Part shown: piece by piece, positions 13,729 through 27,274 of the stretch
Layout: every line of letters starts with the position of its first letter
Position numbering within the stretch: the stretch's first letter is position 1
DNA from: Octopus sinensis
Taxonomy: Eukaryota
DNA: 64,000 nucleotides
Assembly (NCBI RefSeq): GCF_006345805.1
Contig: NC_043001.1
Span: forward strand, 100,688,001-100,752,000
Direction of reading: 5' to 3'
Position numbers and translations under genes: made by a program
Notes under the pieces: model-generated
What the model saw: only the letters and a program-made list of their open reading frames with translations
Told to the model about the DNA's origin: nothing
Databases searched by the model: none

Positions 13729-16436
13729 TTGCTATCTGTTCTTTCATAATGTGGTTGTTATCTTTTCTTCGCAATTTGGTTGCTATCCGTTCTTCACAAT
13801 GTGGTTGCTATCTGTTCATCATAATTTGGCTGCTATTTTTTCTTCATGATGTGGTTGCTATCCGTTCTTCACAATGTGGTTGCTATCTGTTCATCATAAT
13901 TTGGCCGCTATCTTTTCTTCATAATGTGGTTGCTATCCGTTCTTCATAATTTGGTTGCTATCTTTTCTTCATAATGTGGTTGCTATCCGTTCTTCATAAT
14001 GTGGTTGCTATCCGTTCATTCATAATGTGGTTGCTATCCGTTTTTTCATAATGTGGTTGCTATCTGTTCTTCATAATTTGGCTGCTATCTTTTCTTCATA
14101 ATGTGGTTGCTATCCGTTCTTTCATAATTTGGTTGCTATCTTTTCTTCATAATGTGGTTGCTATCCATTCTTTCATAATGTGGTTGCTATCCATTCTTCA
14201 TAATTTGGCTGCTATATTTTCTTCATAATGTGGTTGCTATCCATTCTTTCATAATGTGGTTGCTATCCATTCTTTCATAATGTGGTTGCTATCCGTTCTT
14301 CATAATTTGGCTGCTATCTTTTCTTCATAATGTGGTTGCTATCCATTCTTTCATAATGTGGTTGCTATCCATACTTTCATAATGTGGTTGCTATCCATTC
14401 TTTCATAATGTGGCTGCTATCCATTCTTTCATAATGTGGTTGCTATCCGTTCTTTCATAATTTGGTTGCTATCTTTTCTTCATAATGTGGTTGCTATCCA
14501 TTCTTTCATAATGTAGTTGCTATCCGTTCTTCATAATTTGGTTGCTATCTTTTCTTCATAATGTGGTTGCTATCCATTCTTTCATAATGTGGTTGCTATC
14601 CATTCTTCATAATTTGGCTGCTATCTTTTCTTCATAATGTGGTTGCTATCCAGTCTTTCATAATGTGGTTGCTATCCATTCTTTCATAATGTGGTTGCTA
14701 TCCATTCTTTCATAATGTGGCTGCTATCCATTCTTTCATAATGTGGTTGCTATCCGTTCTTTCATAATTTGGTTGCTATCTTTTCTTCATAATGTGGTTG
14801 CTATCCATTCTTTCATAATGTGGTTGCTATCCATTCTTCATAATTTGGCTGCTACCTTTTCTTCATAATGTGGTTGCTATCCATTCTTTCATAATGTGGT
14901 TGCTATCCATTCTTTCATAATGTGGTTGCTATCCGTTCTTCATAATTTGGCTGCTATCTTTTCTTCATAATGTGGTTGCTATCCATTCTTTCATAATGTG
15001 GTTGCTATCCATTCTTTCATAATGTGGTTGCTATCCATTCTTTCATAATGTGGTTGCTATCCGTTCTTCATAATGTGGCTGCTATCTTTTCTTCATAAAG
15101 TGGTTGCTATCCATTCTTTCATAATGTGGTTGCTATCCATTCTATCATAATGTGGTTGCTATCTGTTCTTTCATAATTTGCCTGCTATCTTTTCTTCATA
15201 ATGTGGTTGCTAATCGTTCTTTCATAATGTGGTTGCTATCCATTCTTTCATAATGTGGTTGCTATCTGTTCTTTCATAATGTGGTTGCTATCCGTTCTTC
15301 ATAATTTGGCTGCTATCTTTTCTTCATAATGTGGTTGCTATCCGTTCTTCATAATTTGGCTGCTATCTTTTCTTCATAATGTGGTTGCTATCCGTTCTTC
15401 ATAATTTGGCTGCTATCTTTTCTTCATAATGTGGTTGCTATCCGTTCTTTCATAATGTGGTTGCTATCCATTCTCTCATAATGTGGTTGCTATCTTTTCT
15501 TCATAATGTGGTTGCTATCTGTTCTTTCATAATGTGGTTGCTATCCATTCTTTCATAATGTGGTTGCTATCCGTTCTTCATAATTTGGCTGCTATCTGTT
15601 CTTCATAATGTGGCTGCTATCCGTTCTTCATAATTTGGCTGCCATCTTTTCTTCATAATGTGGTTGCTATCTGTTCTGTCATAATGTGGTTGCTATCCAT
15701 TCTTTCATAATGTGGTTGCTATCCATTCTTCATAATTTGTCTGCTATCTTTTCTTCATAATGTGGTTGCTATCCGTTCTTTCATAATGTGGTTGCTATCT
15801 GTTCTTCATAATTTGGCTGCTATCTTTTCTTCATAATGTGTTTGCGATCTGTTCTTCATAATGTGGTTGCTATCTGTTCTTCATAATTTGGCTGCTATCT
15901 TTTCTTCATAATGTCGTTGCTATCCATTCTTCATAATGTGGTTGCTATCCGTTCTTCATAATTTGGCTGCTATCTTTTCTTCATAATTTGGCTGCTATCT
16001 TTGCTTCATAATGTGGTTGCAATCTGTTCTTCATAATGTGGTTGCTATTCGTTCTTCATAATGTGGTTGCTATCCGTTCTTTCATAATGTGGTTGCTATC
16101 TGTTCTTTCATAATGTGGTTGCTATCTGTTCTTCATAATTCTGTTGCTATCTGTTCTTTCATAATGTGTTTGTTATCTGTACTTCAAAATTTGGTTGCTA
16201 TCTGTTCATCATAATTTGGTTGCTATCTGTTCATAATAATTTGGCTGCTATCTGTTCTTCATAATTTGGTTGCTATCCATTCTTCCTAATGTGGTTGCTA
16301 CCTGTTCATCATAATTTGGTTGCTATCTGTTCATAATAATTTGGCTGCTATCTGTTCTTCATAATTTGGTTGCTATCCATTCTTCCTAATGTGGTTGCTA
16401 CCTGTTCTTCATAATTTGGTTGCTATCTGTTCTTCA
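13729..16436. repeat. 25/26-bp minisatellite (TTCATAATGTGGTTGCTATCCRTTC[T])
   Basis: About 2.7 kb, roughly 105 units. Two interspersed variants: ..atgtggttgctatccrttc and ..atttggctgctatcttttc. Confidence 0.97.
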
Positions 16437-16984
16437 ATATGTTTATCAACAACAGCCGCTCTTAATATTTCCCAATTCTTAAAAGGATTAATAAAAATTG
16501 TAAAGAACTATACAGTTATATCCCTTTACATTCTGAGTTAGAATTCTGCTGGAATGGACTGCCATTCTTGGAGTTGATCATGTGTCTCCCCCATAGTCAA
16601 TCATCTGCAACCACTCCTTACAAATGTGTTGGCCTTGTGTCAAGTTAGACATCAATATTTCTAAATTATTGCAAATTTTATTTTTTATTACAGCTATTTT
16701 TGGTGTTGTTTTGTTGTTGTTTTAGTCCTTCTGTAATAAAAGTCTTGGAACCAAATATAATGAGATAACAACTATGATTGCATAATTTCCTTCAACTACA
16801 AATCATTTAACCTTAAACATAACATTTGACCTGCTGATATCTCTACGTTTTTTTATTATCTTTTTCAAATACACAAGAAACTTCATAAATGTAAAGAATT
16901 AGAAGATTAATTTTTTTATTTTTCTGTTTATTTTTATGGCGAATTCTATATCATTAAAATATTAAAACAAACACCATCTACATA

Positions 16985-17087
16985 TATACGTGTGTATGTA
17001 GATATGTGTGTGTGTGTGTGTGTGTAGGGAGAGAGAGAGGGAGAGAGAGATATATAAATAGATAGATATATAGATAGACAAATAGAC

Positions 17088-17154
<67 letters not shown>

Positions 17155-17340
17155 CAGATAGATAGGTAGATGGGTAGATAGATAGACAGATGGATAGATA
17201 GATAGATGGATAAATAGATGGATGATAGATAGATTCACTTATGTATACACACATATATACATATATTACACACACACACACACACTCACACTCACATATA
17301 TACATGCATGTATGTGTGCACGTGTGTGTGTGTGTGTACA
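16985..17340. repeat. Compound (TG)/(GA)/(GATA)/(CA) microsatellite
   Basis: Direct observation. Confidence 0.9.
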
Positions 17341-17639
17341 TTCTAAAGCCAGAATGTCTTCAACCAAGTACAGAGTAAACTGCTATAAATGCCGAGTACT
17401 GCCACAGCAAATGAATGCAACAAAGCAACAACAACATGCAACTGGCCCCATGAATTAAGTAACAGCAAGGACGCAACTGCAGTTTGCGAAATTTCTCACA
17501 AAACAAAAGCAAATAAAACATTGTTTTTTTGTTGTTGTTTTAACTTTTGTTTAATTCTTCATCCTTTTCTCACCTTGGTTTTGTTTCATATGTCATCTCT
17601 CAGTGTTGTCAATAGAACACTTCTTGTGTTTTGCAATGA

Positions 17640-17761
17640 TTATATATATATCTAAACATACATACATAAATAAATACATACATACATATATACATATATA
17701 CATACACACACACGTATATATAGTAAAGAGATGGTATAAGTAAAGTGGTATATATATATAT

Positions 17762-17800
<39 letters not shown>

Positions 17801-17847
17801 TTATTATATTTATATATATATATATTTATATATCTTTCACTCTCGTA

Positions 17848-17918
<71 letters not shown>

Positions 17919-18277
17919 CATACACACATACATATGTATATGTGTATGTATGTATGTATGTATGTATGTATGTATGTATGTATGTATGTATGTATGTATG
18001 TATGTATGCATGTATGTATGTATGACGTATGTGATAGTAAATATCCATGGAGGTGACAGAAAGGAATTAAAGAAGAGATATTTGTCAATTGAAATCTGTT
18101 TTTGAAACAATTCAATTGTATTCATGCACTATTATTAGTTTTACTCGGCAAAGATATCTGATAATAAAACAGGAAAAATTTAAATAGAAACATAATCAAA
18201 ACATCATCAGCATCATCAGCATCATAAATAACAAGAACAACACACTTATATGTATGTGTGTTTGTATGTATACACAG

Positions 18278-18314
<37 letters not shown>

Positions 18315-18367
18315 ATATATAAATATATAGATATATAAATATATAAATATATATATATATTATATAT

Positions 18368-18440
<73 letters not shown>
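17640..18440. repeat. (TA)n/(TATG)n/(CA)n microsatellite cluster
   Basis: Direct observation. Confidence 0.9.
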
Positions 18441-18443
<3 letters not shown>

Positions 18444-20619
18444 TCACATACTTGCAAGAATAAGAAATAATCATTTTCTTAGTCCAAATAGTATTCCTAT
18501 GGAAATAAGTTTTTATTGGTTTTTTTTAATTAAACTTGAAGAAAACTTTTAAAGAAAACTTTTGTAATATCTGTTTGCTGTGTGTGCCTGTGTGTGTGTG
18601 TGTGTGTGTGTGTGTATGGTTATGTTTTGTGTGCACGTGTGTGTATGTTTGTGCATGAGTTTAGTGCGTTTGAGTGTGGGTGAGTGTGTAGTATATGAAG
18701 ATAATAATAAGGATAGAAAAACTCAAGCAGAAGAAATAATAATGTGTAATAATAGTAATGATGATGTCGATAAATGTACGTATCTATGGTAGTAGTAGCA
18801 GTCGTAGCAGCAGCAGCAGCAGCAAGAAAATGGTAAAAAAATAACTGAAACAAAATATAAAGTTAATATGATAATACTAAGAGCATAAAAAAAGAAGGAG
18901 GAGGAGGAAAAAATATTAAGAAAGTGTAAAAAAAAAAAAGAAGAAATATAGGGAAAAGAGTAAAGATGAAAGATCTTTCGTTTCATTTGTTTCCATTCGT
19001 AGACAGAAAGTCCCCAGCTGAAAATTATCCAAGAGGCTTAGAAAAGCAATTTAGTAAAAATAAATTATTAGTTGAGTAAGATCAGAGAAACAAAATAATC
19101 AAGAAAGAAAGAAAAAGAATTTAGGCAGAGCGGGGGGGGAGAAATATATATAATTTGTGCTGGAAAATAAAATTTATCCTCTCGACAACAATAACAGCAA
19201 CAACATTTGTAATATTATTGAAAAAAAGAGGAGGCAGAGGGGGAGGATGACAGTGACAATAATGACGACGATGATGATGATAACAATAACAATATTAGGA
19301 ATTGTCGTCATTGACGCTGTTGTCGTCATTGGCGTCTCCACTGACATCCTCGTTGTCATCATCGTCATCATCTGCGTCATTATCATAGATGCTGTTGCCA
19401 TCATCATCATCATCATCGTCATCGTCGTCATCACTATCATGATCGATCAGCTCTACTCCCCATTGGTAAAAGACAGCAGAGTGGGTGGGGGGCTGGAAGT
19501 CAAGAAATGTATGTTATCAATAAGATTTGGAGCCAAAATAGCTAACTGCATCAAAAGCTTGCACAGAACTGACTACTAACAGGTTGCAAGATGAGTTAAC
19601 CGATGAGAACAATCGAGAATTTGATTTGGTTAACGAAATAATAAATAATAAATAAAAATTAAATAACATATACAAAAACAAAACCATAATCAAAGGAAAA
19701 TGGGAAGCACTACAAAGGAAGTTCTGCTGTTAATTCCATCTTGGAATGACTCTTGCCGTTTTTTTTTTTTGCATCATTTTATTTATCTTTTTTTTTACTT
19801 TTGGTCTGTTTTGTTATTTCTTTACATACACATTCTGTGTGTGCGTATATATGTGTGTGCATGTGTGTGTGCATGTGTGTGTGTGCATGTGTATGTGTGT
19901 GTGTGTGTGTGTGCATGTGTGTGCAGGTACACTTACAAACACACACACATGTGTGTGTACACATGCATATGAGTATCTACAAATGTGTGTGTGTGTGAAG
20001 AGACCTGTTTGCTTTATGCTGGCATTTATATTTTTCAGCAAGTCTTCCATTCAAATCTGACATCCTCACACGAAATATATTGGCATTTAACAAAGCATTG
20101 TATTTTACAAGTAATTAGCTAACATCTTACTGATGAGGACAGCAGCGATCATGATCACCACCTTGATAATTCACACAACGATTCAATCAATATTAAAAAA
20201 TATCTGATACATATCACATATATCCATTATTCTGTTCTGTAATAGTATTCATTTGATAATGGGTATTATTTTGACAAGAGTTAATTTTATGATAATTTTT
20301 ACTTCTATATTTCTGAAGTTTGTTGAAATATTTTTTAATAATGTTGGCTGATATTTTATGGGAGATATCTTGGATAACTTAACTTAGAAATTGATAAATT
20401 CTCAAATGTTTAAAATATAGATGTGTTACAACTTAATAGAACAACATATCTTGAGTCATCCTAATATCTTAGTAAAAGGTAAAATATATCAGGCAATATA
20501 ATTGTAAAAGTCCTCTATTTGAGAAAAAGAAACACCATTGATAATAAGGCTGTAAGTTCAAAGCTTAGAACTTGAAAACTGGCATTTGCTCTGTGATGGT
20601 GAGTGATTCAGTTGTTCAA

Positions 20620-20882
20620 ATACAATAGAACAGCCTGCTTGTGAGATTCAAGTGCAAGTGGCTGAGTACTCCACAGGCATGTGCACCCTTAACGTAGTCT
20701 TCAGGAAGATTCAGAGTAACACAGAATGTGACAGGGTTGACTTTTCATCATACATGTACAACTCCTTTTTATCAGCTGAGTGTACTGGAGCAACATGAAA
20801 TAAAGTGTCTTGCTCAAGGAATTGAACTCACATCCTTACGATCATGAGCCAAATATCCCAGCCATTAAGCCACGTACCTCCA
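20620..20882 (-). mobile_element. tRNA-derived SINE family D
   Basis: Minus strand shows an A-box-like TGGCTTAATGG and a B-box-like GAGTTCAATTCC, then ccttgagcaagacactttatttcatgttgctccagt.cactcagctg. Confidence 0.7.
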
Positions 20883-21362
20883 CTATGTTCAGTGCTAATC
20901 TGCTGCTAAATAACAATACTTATATGTTGCATACACTTAGCGGAAACACTTTCAGGCACAAAGATTTCATCTTGAACTTTGCATTGGAAAACTGCGTTCT
21001 TCTTTCTTACATCTCATTCCACAAACTGAAGTGTGTTTACAAGTTGACTCTTTGCTGGCACATTTCACTGTTTTTCCTAGTGTTGGAACCTTGTTGTGAG
21101 GAAGACTAACCAACATCTTTACAGTCCCATAGCTTCACTGAAGGCTTCCATTATCCAGAATGAAAAAAAGACCCTTTGATGCAAGTGTGTCGTCAATGTT
21201 TCTGATTCTGCACTGAAGTAATCATCAAAAATGAAAGTGGATTCATAAAAGCAATCTGATATGAAAGTGCATTGAGAAACAGGCACATAAATTTTTATCA
21301 AAATAAATTTGTTTTTTGTGAGATTAGAAATACTTCATTAAATTATCCAAAATGTCCTGAGC

Positions 21363-21514
21363 TGCTGGCATATAAAAAGCACCCAATACATCCAGCAATA
21401 GAAACCATGCTGAAATAGACAATTTGAGTCTGGTGCAGTTCTCCATCTTACCAGTTCCTGTCAGACTGTCCAACTCATGTCGGCATGGAAAATGGATCAT
21501 GACACTGTTGTTGT

Positions 21515-21549
<35 letters not shown>
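21363..21549 (+). mobile_element. RTE LINE 3' UTR fragment (family C)
   Basis: ggcatataaaaagcacc...tccaactcatgtcggcatggaaaa followed by (GAT)n. Confidence 0.75.
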
Positions 21550-21551
<2 letters not shown>

Positions 21552-22989
21552 GATATCCCCAAATACTTTTCACAACCTTTATCACACTGACTTTTCTTTA
21601 ATGACATGTCATTCCCTGAAAACTTTTTGTTCTTGAAATTATTTCCCCCTTCTCATTTGAAGTTGGTTGCATTTGCCACCAGGCATTTGTTTATCTGCCC
21701 TCAAAGCAAAGATTTCACCAATATGTTGTCAACCTGAGAATAAAGCAGAAGCTGTTTGCCCATGGTACCACATAATAAATGCTGTGTGAGATTGACTTGA
21801 ATAAGCTAATAGGATTTGAAAGCAGTGACAGGTGAGTGTGGAGATATTCTGTGAATACATGTTACATGAGACATATGGCAAATTTGCCCTGGTTTGTTGG
21901 TTAGATGTGTCTATCATAGAAGCAGATTAGGGAAGATCTGAAAGCATAGATTTGGCCAATGGAGCTCGTTGGGGAACAACGGAATCAGAAAGACAAGTGT
22001 AAGATGATGAAGGACTGTCATTTTTAGATAGAAAGCATAGGATTGGCCTAACAAGTGGCAACATGAGAGTATTTTTGTAAAAATAAAAGGTAGTAAAACG
22101 TGTTTAAACAATAGAGATAATATATTGCCCTTGTTTGAACATCTATTACATAACTATGCAACAATTATAAATGAATATTTTGAACATAAAAGGATAATAT
22201 TCCCACCTCCATAAGAAATACTTGCATTGCAAAGACTTTCACAGTTGGAATATTACATAACATTCTAGGGCAGCATAGAACAGCATAGGCCAACATGTTT
22301 TAAAATTACAAATTTACTTTAAAGATAACTTTAGCTGACTTATCATATACTATTTCATGTTCTTTAATATTCTGCTGTTTCTAATTCTAATCTCCTATTC
22401 ACAATAACATTTTACGATTACCAAAAGAGATAGAAACAAGGACTAGAATTTATTACTCTTAAATTATTCAACATTTTAGACCTGCTTTAATAGAATTGCA
22501 TTAAGCTCACCCCTACTGCAGAGACTTGTTGAAATCCCATCCCTGTCTCAATTTAGATATTTCAGATATGTTCTTTGGATATATATATGTGACATTCCTA
22601 CAGACATATACATCATATAATTAAGTATATTTATTTAATTCTGTATACAGATCTTATATATATAATTCTACATATAGGTCTTACCTATAAGTATACTTAT
22701 TTTTCTAACATTTTTTTCTTGGGTTTTATTTTATGTAAATTAAGAGTCAAAAGATTCCAAGCTTTTACCAAAACTTTTGGCTTCATTTTCCCCATTTAAA
22801 TTCTTTCTATCACTTTACATTTTCTCTCTTCCTGTATTCAATTATTGATTTATTGGTGAGGATGTAAGGTTCAAATCACATATTGCACACATTAAAAATA
22901 GTTTTAGTGAGTTAAAAGAAGTTTCTCCTGTTTTCTCTGCCACCTCTCTCTCTTTCTCTCCCACCTCTCTCTCTCTCTCTCTCTCGCCC

Positions 22990-23022
<33 letters not shown>

Positions 23023-24639
23023 TTCTCCACTGCTGTTTCCAATTCAAGCTGATGATAATCCTCAATAACTTCAAGTAGTTGAAAGTGGCTTCAGTTCCAA
23101 AAATCAAACAAGATTCTGTTTCTTATTTTCATTTAAGTAGATATACACCTCAAATAATATTTAAGTATTTTCCTTAGAACTGATGGAGAATAGAACAGTA
23201 ATAAGAATAAGAATAACTTCCAAAATAATCTTTCTTTTGGCTGGCAACAATTTTTTAAAACTTTAAAAGAAAATTATGGTGTGTAGAGTGATAGAATATA
23301 TATGTACAGATGTGTATGTAAGTGAGTGTTTATGTGTGTGTGTGTGTGTGTATGTGTGTATACAGGAATAATGCCTTATCAAATGCCATACAAGATAAAT
23401 TCCTGATTTATTGAAATTATCTTCCTTCTAAAAGAAAAGTAAACAAATACCTTGCAGGAATCTTAACCTATTCCACTCCATATGAGAAGAGAAGACAATT
23501 TCAAGGTCAAACTTCTCTGAAATTGACCTGCTGTTAAGGAGAAAGCAGCCAGCGTAATTCCCTTGAGACAAAAGGACAGCTGTAGACATGTTTCTCCCTC
23601 ACAAAGCATCATCAGCACAGCAGTTGACCCCAATAAACCACACTCATTTGGCATTTAATAAGCTTTCTTTCATCTTTTTTTTCTTTTTGTTCCTATTTAT
23701 GCTTTTGACCCATTTGAGTTATTTTTCTTTGTGAATTTGTGCTTAATTTGTGAATGTTTATATGACTGGATGACTTTCCTACTGCTGAGTACATTTTCCA
23801 TGGCACCAGCTCAACTTGCAAGACTATGAGCCCCGAGGAGCAACCTTATGTTTGGAGATGAAGAGCAGAAATAGGAAAGTATGAGAAGGGTCAGAGCAGA
23901 ACAAGTTCCTTGATGTAGAAGAGCTACATGGGGCGAAGAGATTGGAAGTAAGCTAGTGATGAGGAATCATGATGGCGTTTCAAAATATGAAGTTCACAGA
24001 AATAGGTGGGGCAGGGGGTGCAGGGGGGGGGGGTAAAGGAGGTCTGATAGTGTTGAACTGCAGAATAGAACTGCTGATGCTCTAAACAATAGAAGGATGA
24101 GGGAGATTACAAGCATTGATTGCAATGATTGCAAGAGTGCATAAGGAAGAGAAAGAATCAGGCACAGTATATGAAGAGGATGAGATGTATGGGGAGTGGG
24201 CAGAGAAGATAATTTAGTGGCAGAGTGGGATTGGAATGCGTAATCAATGAAAAATAAGGGTGGAGATGGTATTAAATGGATGAACAATGGTTAATAAGTG
24301 AAGTGGTTTAATAAAAGGGAAATCAAGACCTGTCTTCTTAGTCACCTACAATCCAAGCAATTACATTGATATATATTGGTATATACTTCGTAAATTGGGT
24401 GGTGTTAGGACAGGCACTCCATCACAAAAACTGTGCCTGACTTACAAATGACATGTGGTCCTCCAGCTTCTCTGAGTTAACTTGGAATGTAAAGAAATAT
24501 CCAGGCCATGAGAGCATGAGAAGCAAATATATATATATATGTCTATATAAATATATATATATATGTATGTATATATGTATATATATAAATATATGTATAT
24601 GTGTGTGTGTGTATATATACATATATGTATATGTGTGTG

Positions 24640-24670
<31 letters not shown>

Positions 24671-24689
24671 GTATGTATACATATATATA

Positions 24690-24788
<99 letters not shown>

Positions 24789-24832
24789 GTATATATATAC
24801 ATATGTATATGTGTGTGTTATATATATATATA

Positions 24833-25738
24833 TGGGGAGTACCCAAAAGTAACTGAAAATGTACTCTGTGAGACAAACCATTGTAGTTCAGGCTTCTGCC
24901 ACTAGAAGCCACTTGATGCATTCCTCAGGCACCAGTCCACTCACCAGCATCATCGTGTGAGTTCGTACAGCCGTGTGATGTGTCTTTGTTTTGTAGTGCT
25001 TCTCCCCTGTTTGTCAATTTTTGCAATGGCTGAAACAAAGGGACAGTGTGCGTCTGTGAAATTCTGTTTCCTGCTGGGGAAAATGGTTGCTGAAACAGTT
25101 GTCATGCTTCAAACAACTACTTACAAGGATGCTGCCATGAGCAAGACACAAATTTACTAGTGGTTTCCATGCTTTAAGAATGGTCATTTGTCCCTTGAAG
25201 ACCAACCTTGTCCAGGGCAACTGTCAACTTCCTGAATGAATGAAAACATTCTAAAAATTCCTGAACTGAGCTTAGAGGACCAACACTGAACAATTGATGA
25301 ACTTGTTGATATGACTGTTGAGTCCTGGATCTCCTGCCAATGAATTTTGAGTGAGGAATTGTGAATGAAAAGAGTTGAAGTAAAATTTGTGTCATCTCTG
25401 CTCATGGAAGATCAAAAGCAGTCATGACTGAATGCATGTCGTGAACTGAAAGAAGAGTTGGAAGTTGATCTGGACCTTTATTTGAAGGTCAACACTGGTG
25501 ATGAAAGCCAGTGCAACAAAATTTACAGATGTGGAAGAGGTGAAGAAAAAAACGACAGAGGCATTAAAAGGCATCACTTTACAAGAGTTCTGTCATTGTG
25601 TCGAAAAGGGAAAAATGCACCTAACTGATGCATTTCTTCAAAGAGAGAATACTTTCAAGACTATAAGAGTGTAAACATGTAAAACTAATTGAATAAAATA
25701 ATATTGCAAAATTACAGTTTCCTTAGGGTACCCCCTCG
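24833..25738 (+). mobile_element. Internally deleted mariner (Tc1/mariner) DNA transposon
   Basis: Imperfect TIRs (tggggagtacccaaaagtaactg / cagtttccttagggtaccccctcg) flanked by TA. Transposase relic from ATG 25026: QCASVKFCFLLGKMVAETVVMLQT..KTQIY*WF..FKNG..LEDQPCPGQLSTS..KFVSSLL..DQKQS..TGDES, then FTDVEEVKKKTTEALKGI..EYF. Confidence 0.9.
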
Positions 25739-26056
25739 TATATAGGTATATAGGATGAGGGTATATAGTACCCTCACCCTATATCCTTGAGCCAGCATAG
25801 AGTTTGACCATAGCATACACCAATGCACACATGTACGTACACACATGCTCCATCAAGACAGACACCTATCAAATGGACTGTCTCTCGCCACCCCCAAACT
25901 ATACCTCCTCACACACCTTGTACCCCATATATAAATCCCCCCCCCACACACACATACACACATTAAAAACCACATGCTAACATAAAACTCCTTGCTACCT
26001 TAACCAATACAGAAAGAAAACAGTCTAATTAAAACAATTATATCTACCTACCTATA

Positions 26057-26470
26057 GGCGCAGGAGTGGCTGTGTGGTAAGTAGCTTGCTAACCAACTAC
26101 ATGGTTCCGGGTTCAGTCCCACTGCGTGGCATCTTGGGCAAGTGTCTTCTGCTATAGCCCTGGGCCAACCAATGCCTTGTGAGTGGATTTGGTAGACGGA
26201 AACTGAAAGAAGCCTGTCGTATATATGTATATGTATATATATGTATGTGTGTGTTTGTGTGTCTGTGTTTGTCCCCCTAGCATTGCTTGACAACCGATGC
26301 TGGTGTGTTTACATCCCCGTCACTTAGCGGTTCGGCAAAAGAGACCGATAGAATAAGTACTGGGCTTACAAAGAATAAGTCCCGGGGTCGATTTGCTCGA
26401 CTAAAGGCGGTGCTCCAGCATGGCCGCAGTCAAATGACTGAAACAAGTAAAAGAGTAAAGAGTAAAGAGA
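26057..26470 (+). mobile_element. Full-length tRNA-derived SINE family A (CORE-like segment, internal microsatellite)
   Basis: A-box-like TGGCTGTGTGG and B-box-like GGTTCAGTCCC; cttgggcaagtgtctt resembles the CORE domain; central (TA/TG)n; 3' (AGAGTAA)-type tail. Confidence 0.92.
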
Positions 26471-26986
26471 GTACACTCCTGGAAAAAATTATTCATATGA
26501 CACTACAACCTGTCCCATACCCCATCTCCACAGGAGCACTACCCTTAATAAAGCACACATTTCCCACGATTACTTGAAGGTAACTCTTACCAGCTTTACA
26601 GCTGTCCAACCAAGGGACAGAACTCTTAACCTAATCCCCTAGCCTTTATCATTTCACCTTTTTTTTTTATAGCAACCACAACCCAAAGGTGTCAATTCAC
26701 CTCTGACAATAGGGAGCAGTTGCCATATTACCTTCCATATTGGCTAACTCTGATGAGCATAAGGTTATACAATCAGATTGTTACCTAACACTCTATTGTA
26801 ACCCTAGCAAATTGGTTTGATGCTTGGGATACAATAGAGTGATACAATAGATGGTAAGATCAGCTGTGATGGATGTATAATACTGTACATTTCAGATAAT
26901 ACACACACACATGTATATAAGAAGAAAAAGAAAATGATGCTTAGGAAGTTAATAATTGTTTATTATTAACAGCAAATTAATCATCA

Positions 26987-27072
26987 TCCCTTACAGCTGT
27001 TTCAATTAATATACAGGAAATATTAAGTGAATATCAAATCTGAATGACCTGGGCATAACATCTCCAGAGGGA
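26987..27072 (-). ncRNA. Minimal type I hammerhead ribozyme motif, left arm (core CUGGAGA, A6 mutated)
   Basis: Minus strand reads TCCCT-CTGGAGA-TG[stem II]-GAAAC-AGCT-GTA-AGGGA. Stem I is 5 bp and stem III is the palindrome ACAGCTGT. Confidence 0.65.
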
Positions 27073-27189
27073 AAAAAATATACCCTCAGATGTTTTACAT
27101 ACATTTATGGATTCTTTATAAACCGTATCATTCAGTCTGCTATAATAAATCCATAAACACATATAAAACATCCAAGGGTATATTTTTTT

Positions 27190-27274
27190 CCCCTCTGAAG
27201 ATATTATGCTCTGGTCATATAAATTTAATATTTACTTAATATTTACTGGGTATTAATTGAAACGGCTGTAAGGA
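27190..27274 (+). ncRNA. Minimal type I hammerhead ribozyme motif, right arm (intact CUGAAGA/GAAA core)
   Basis: CCT-CTGAAGA (27195-27201)-stem II (atgctctggt/actgggtat)-GAAAC (27259-27263)-GGCT-GTA|AGG. Predicted cleavage after 27270. Confidence 0.7.

Noticed and set aside
26057-26130. tRNA genes
   Set aside because: A/B-box heads continue directly into SINE bodies and do not form complete cloverleaves.
26746-26840. CTGATGA-gcat...atgc hammerhead-like start
   Set aside because: The required GAAA is absent (GGGA instead) and stem I/III are unconvincing. At best a decayed motif.
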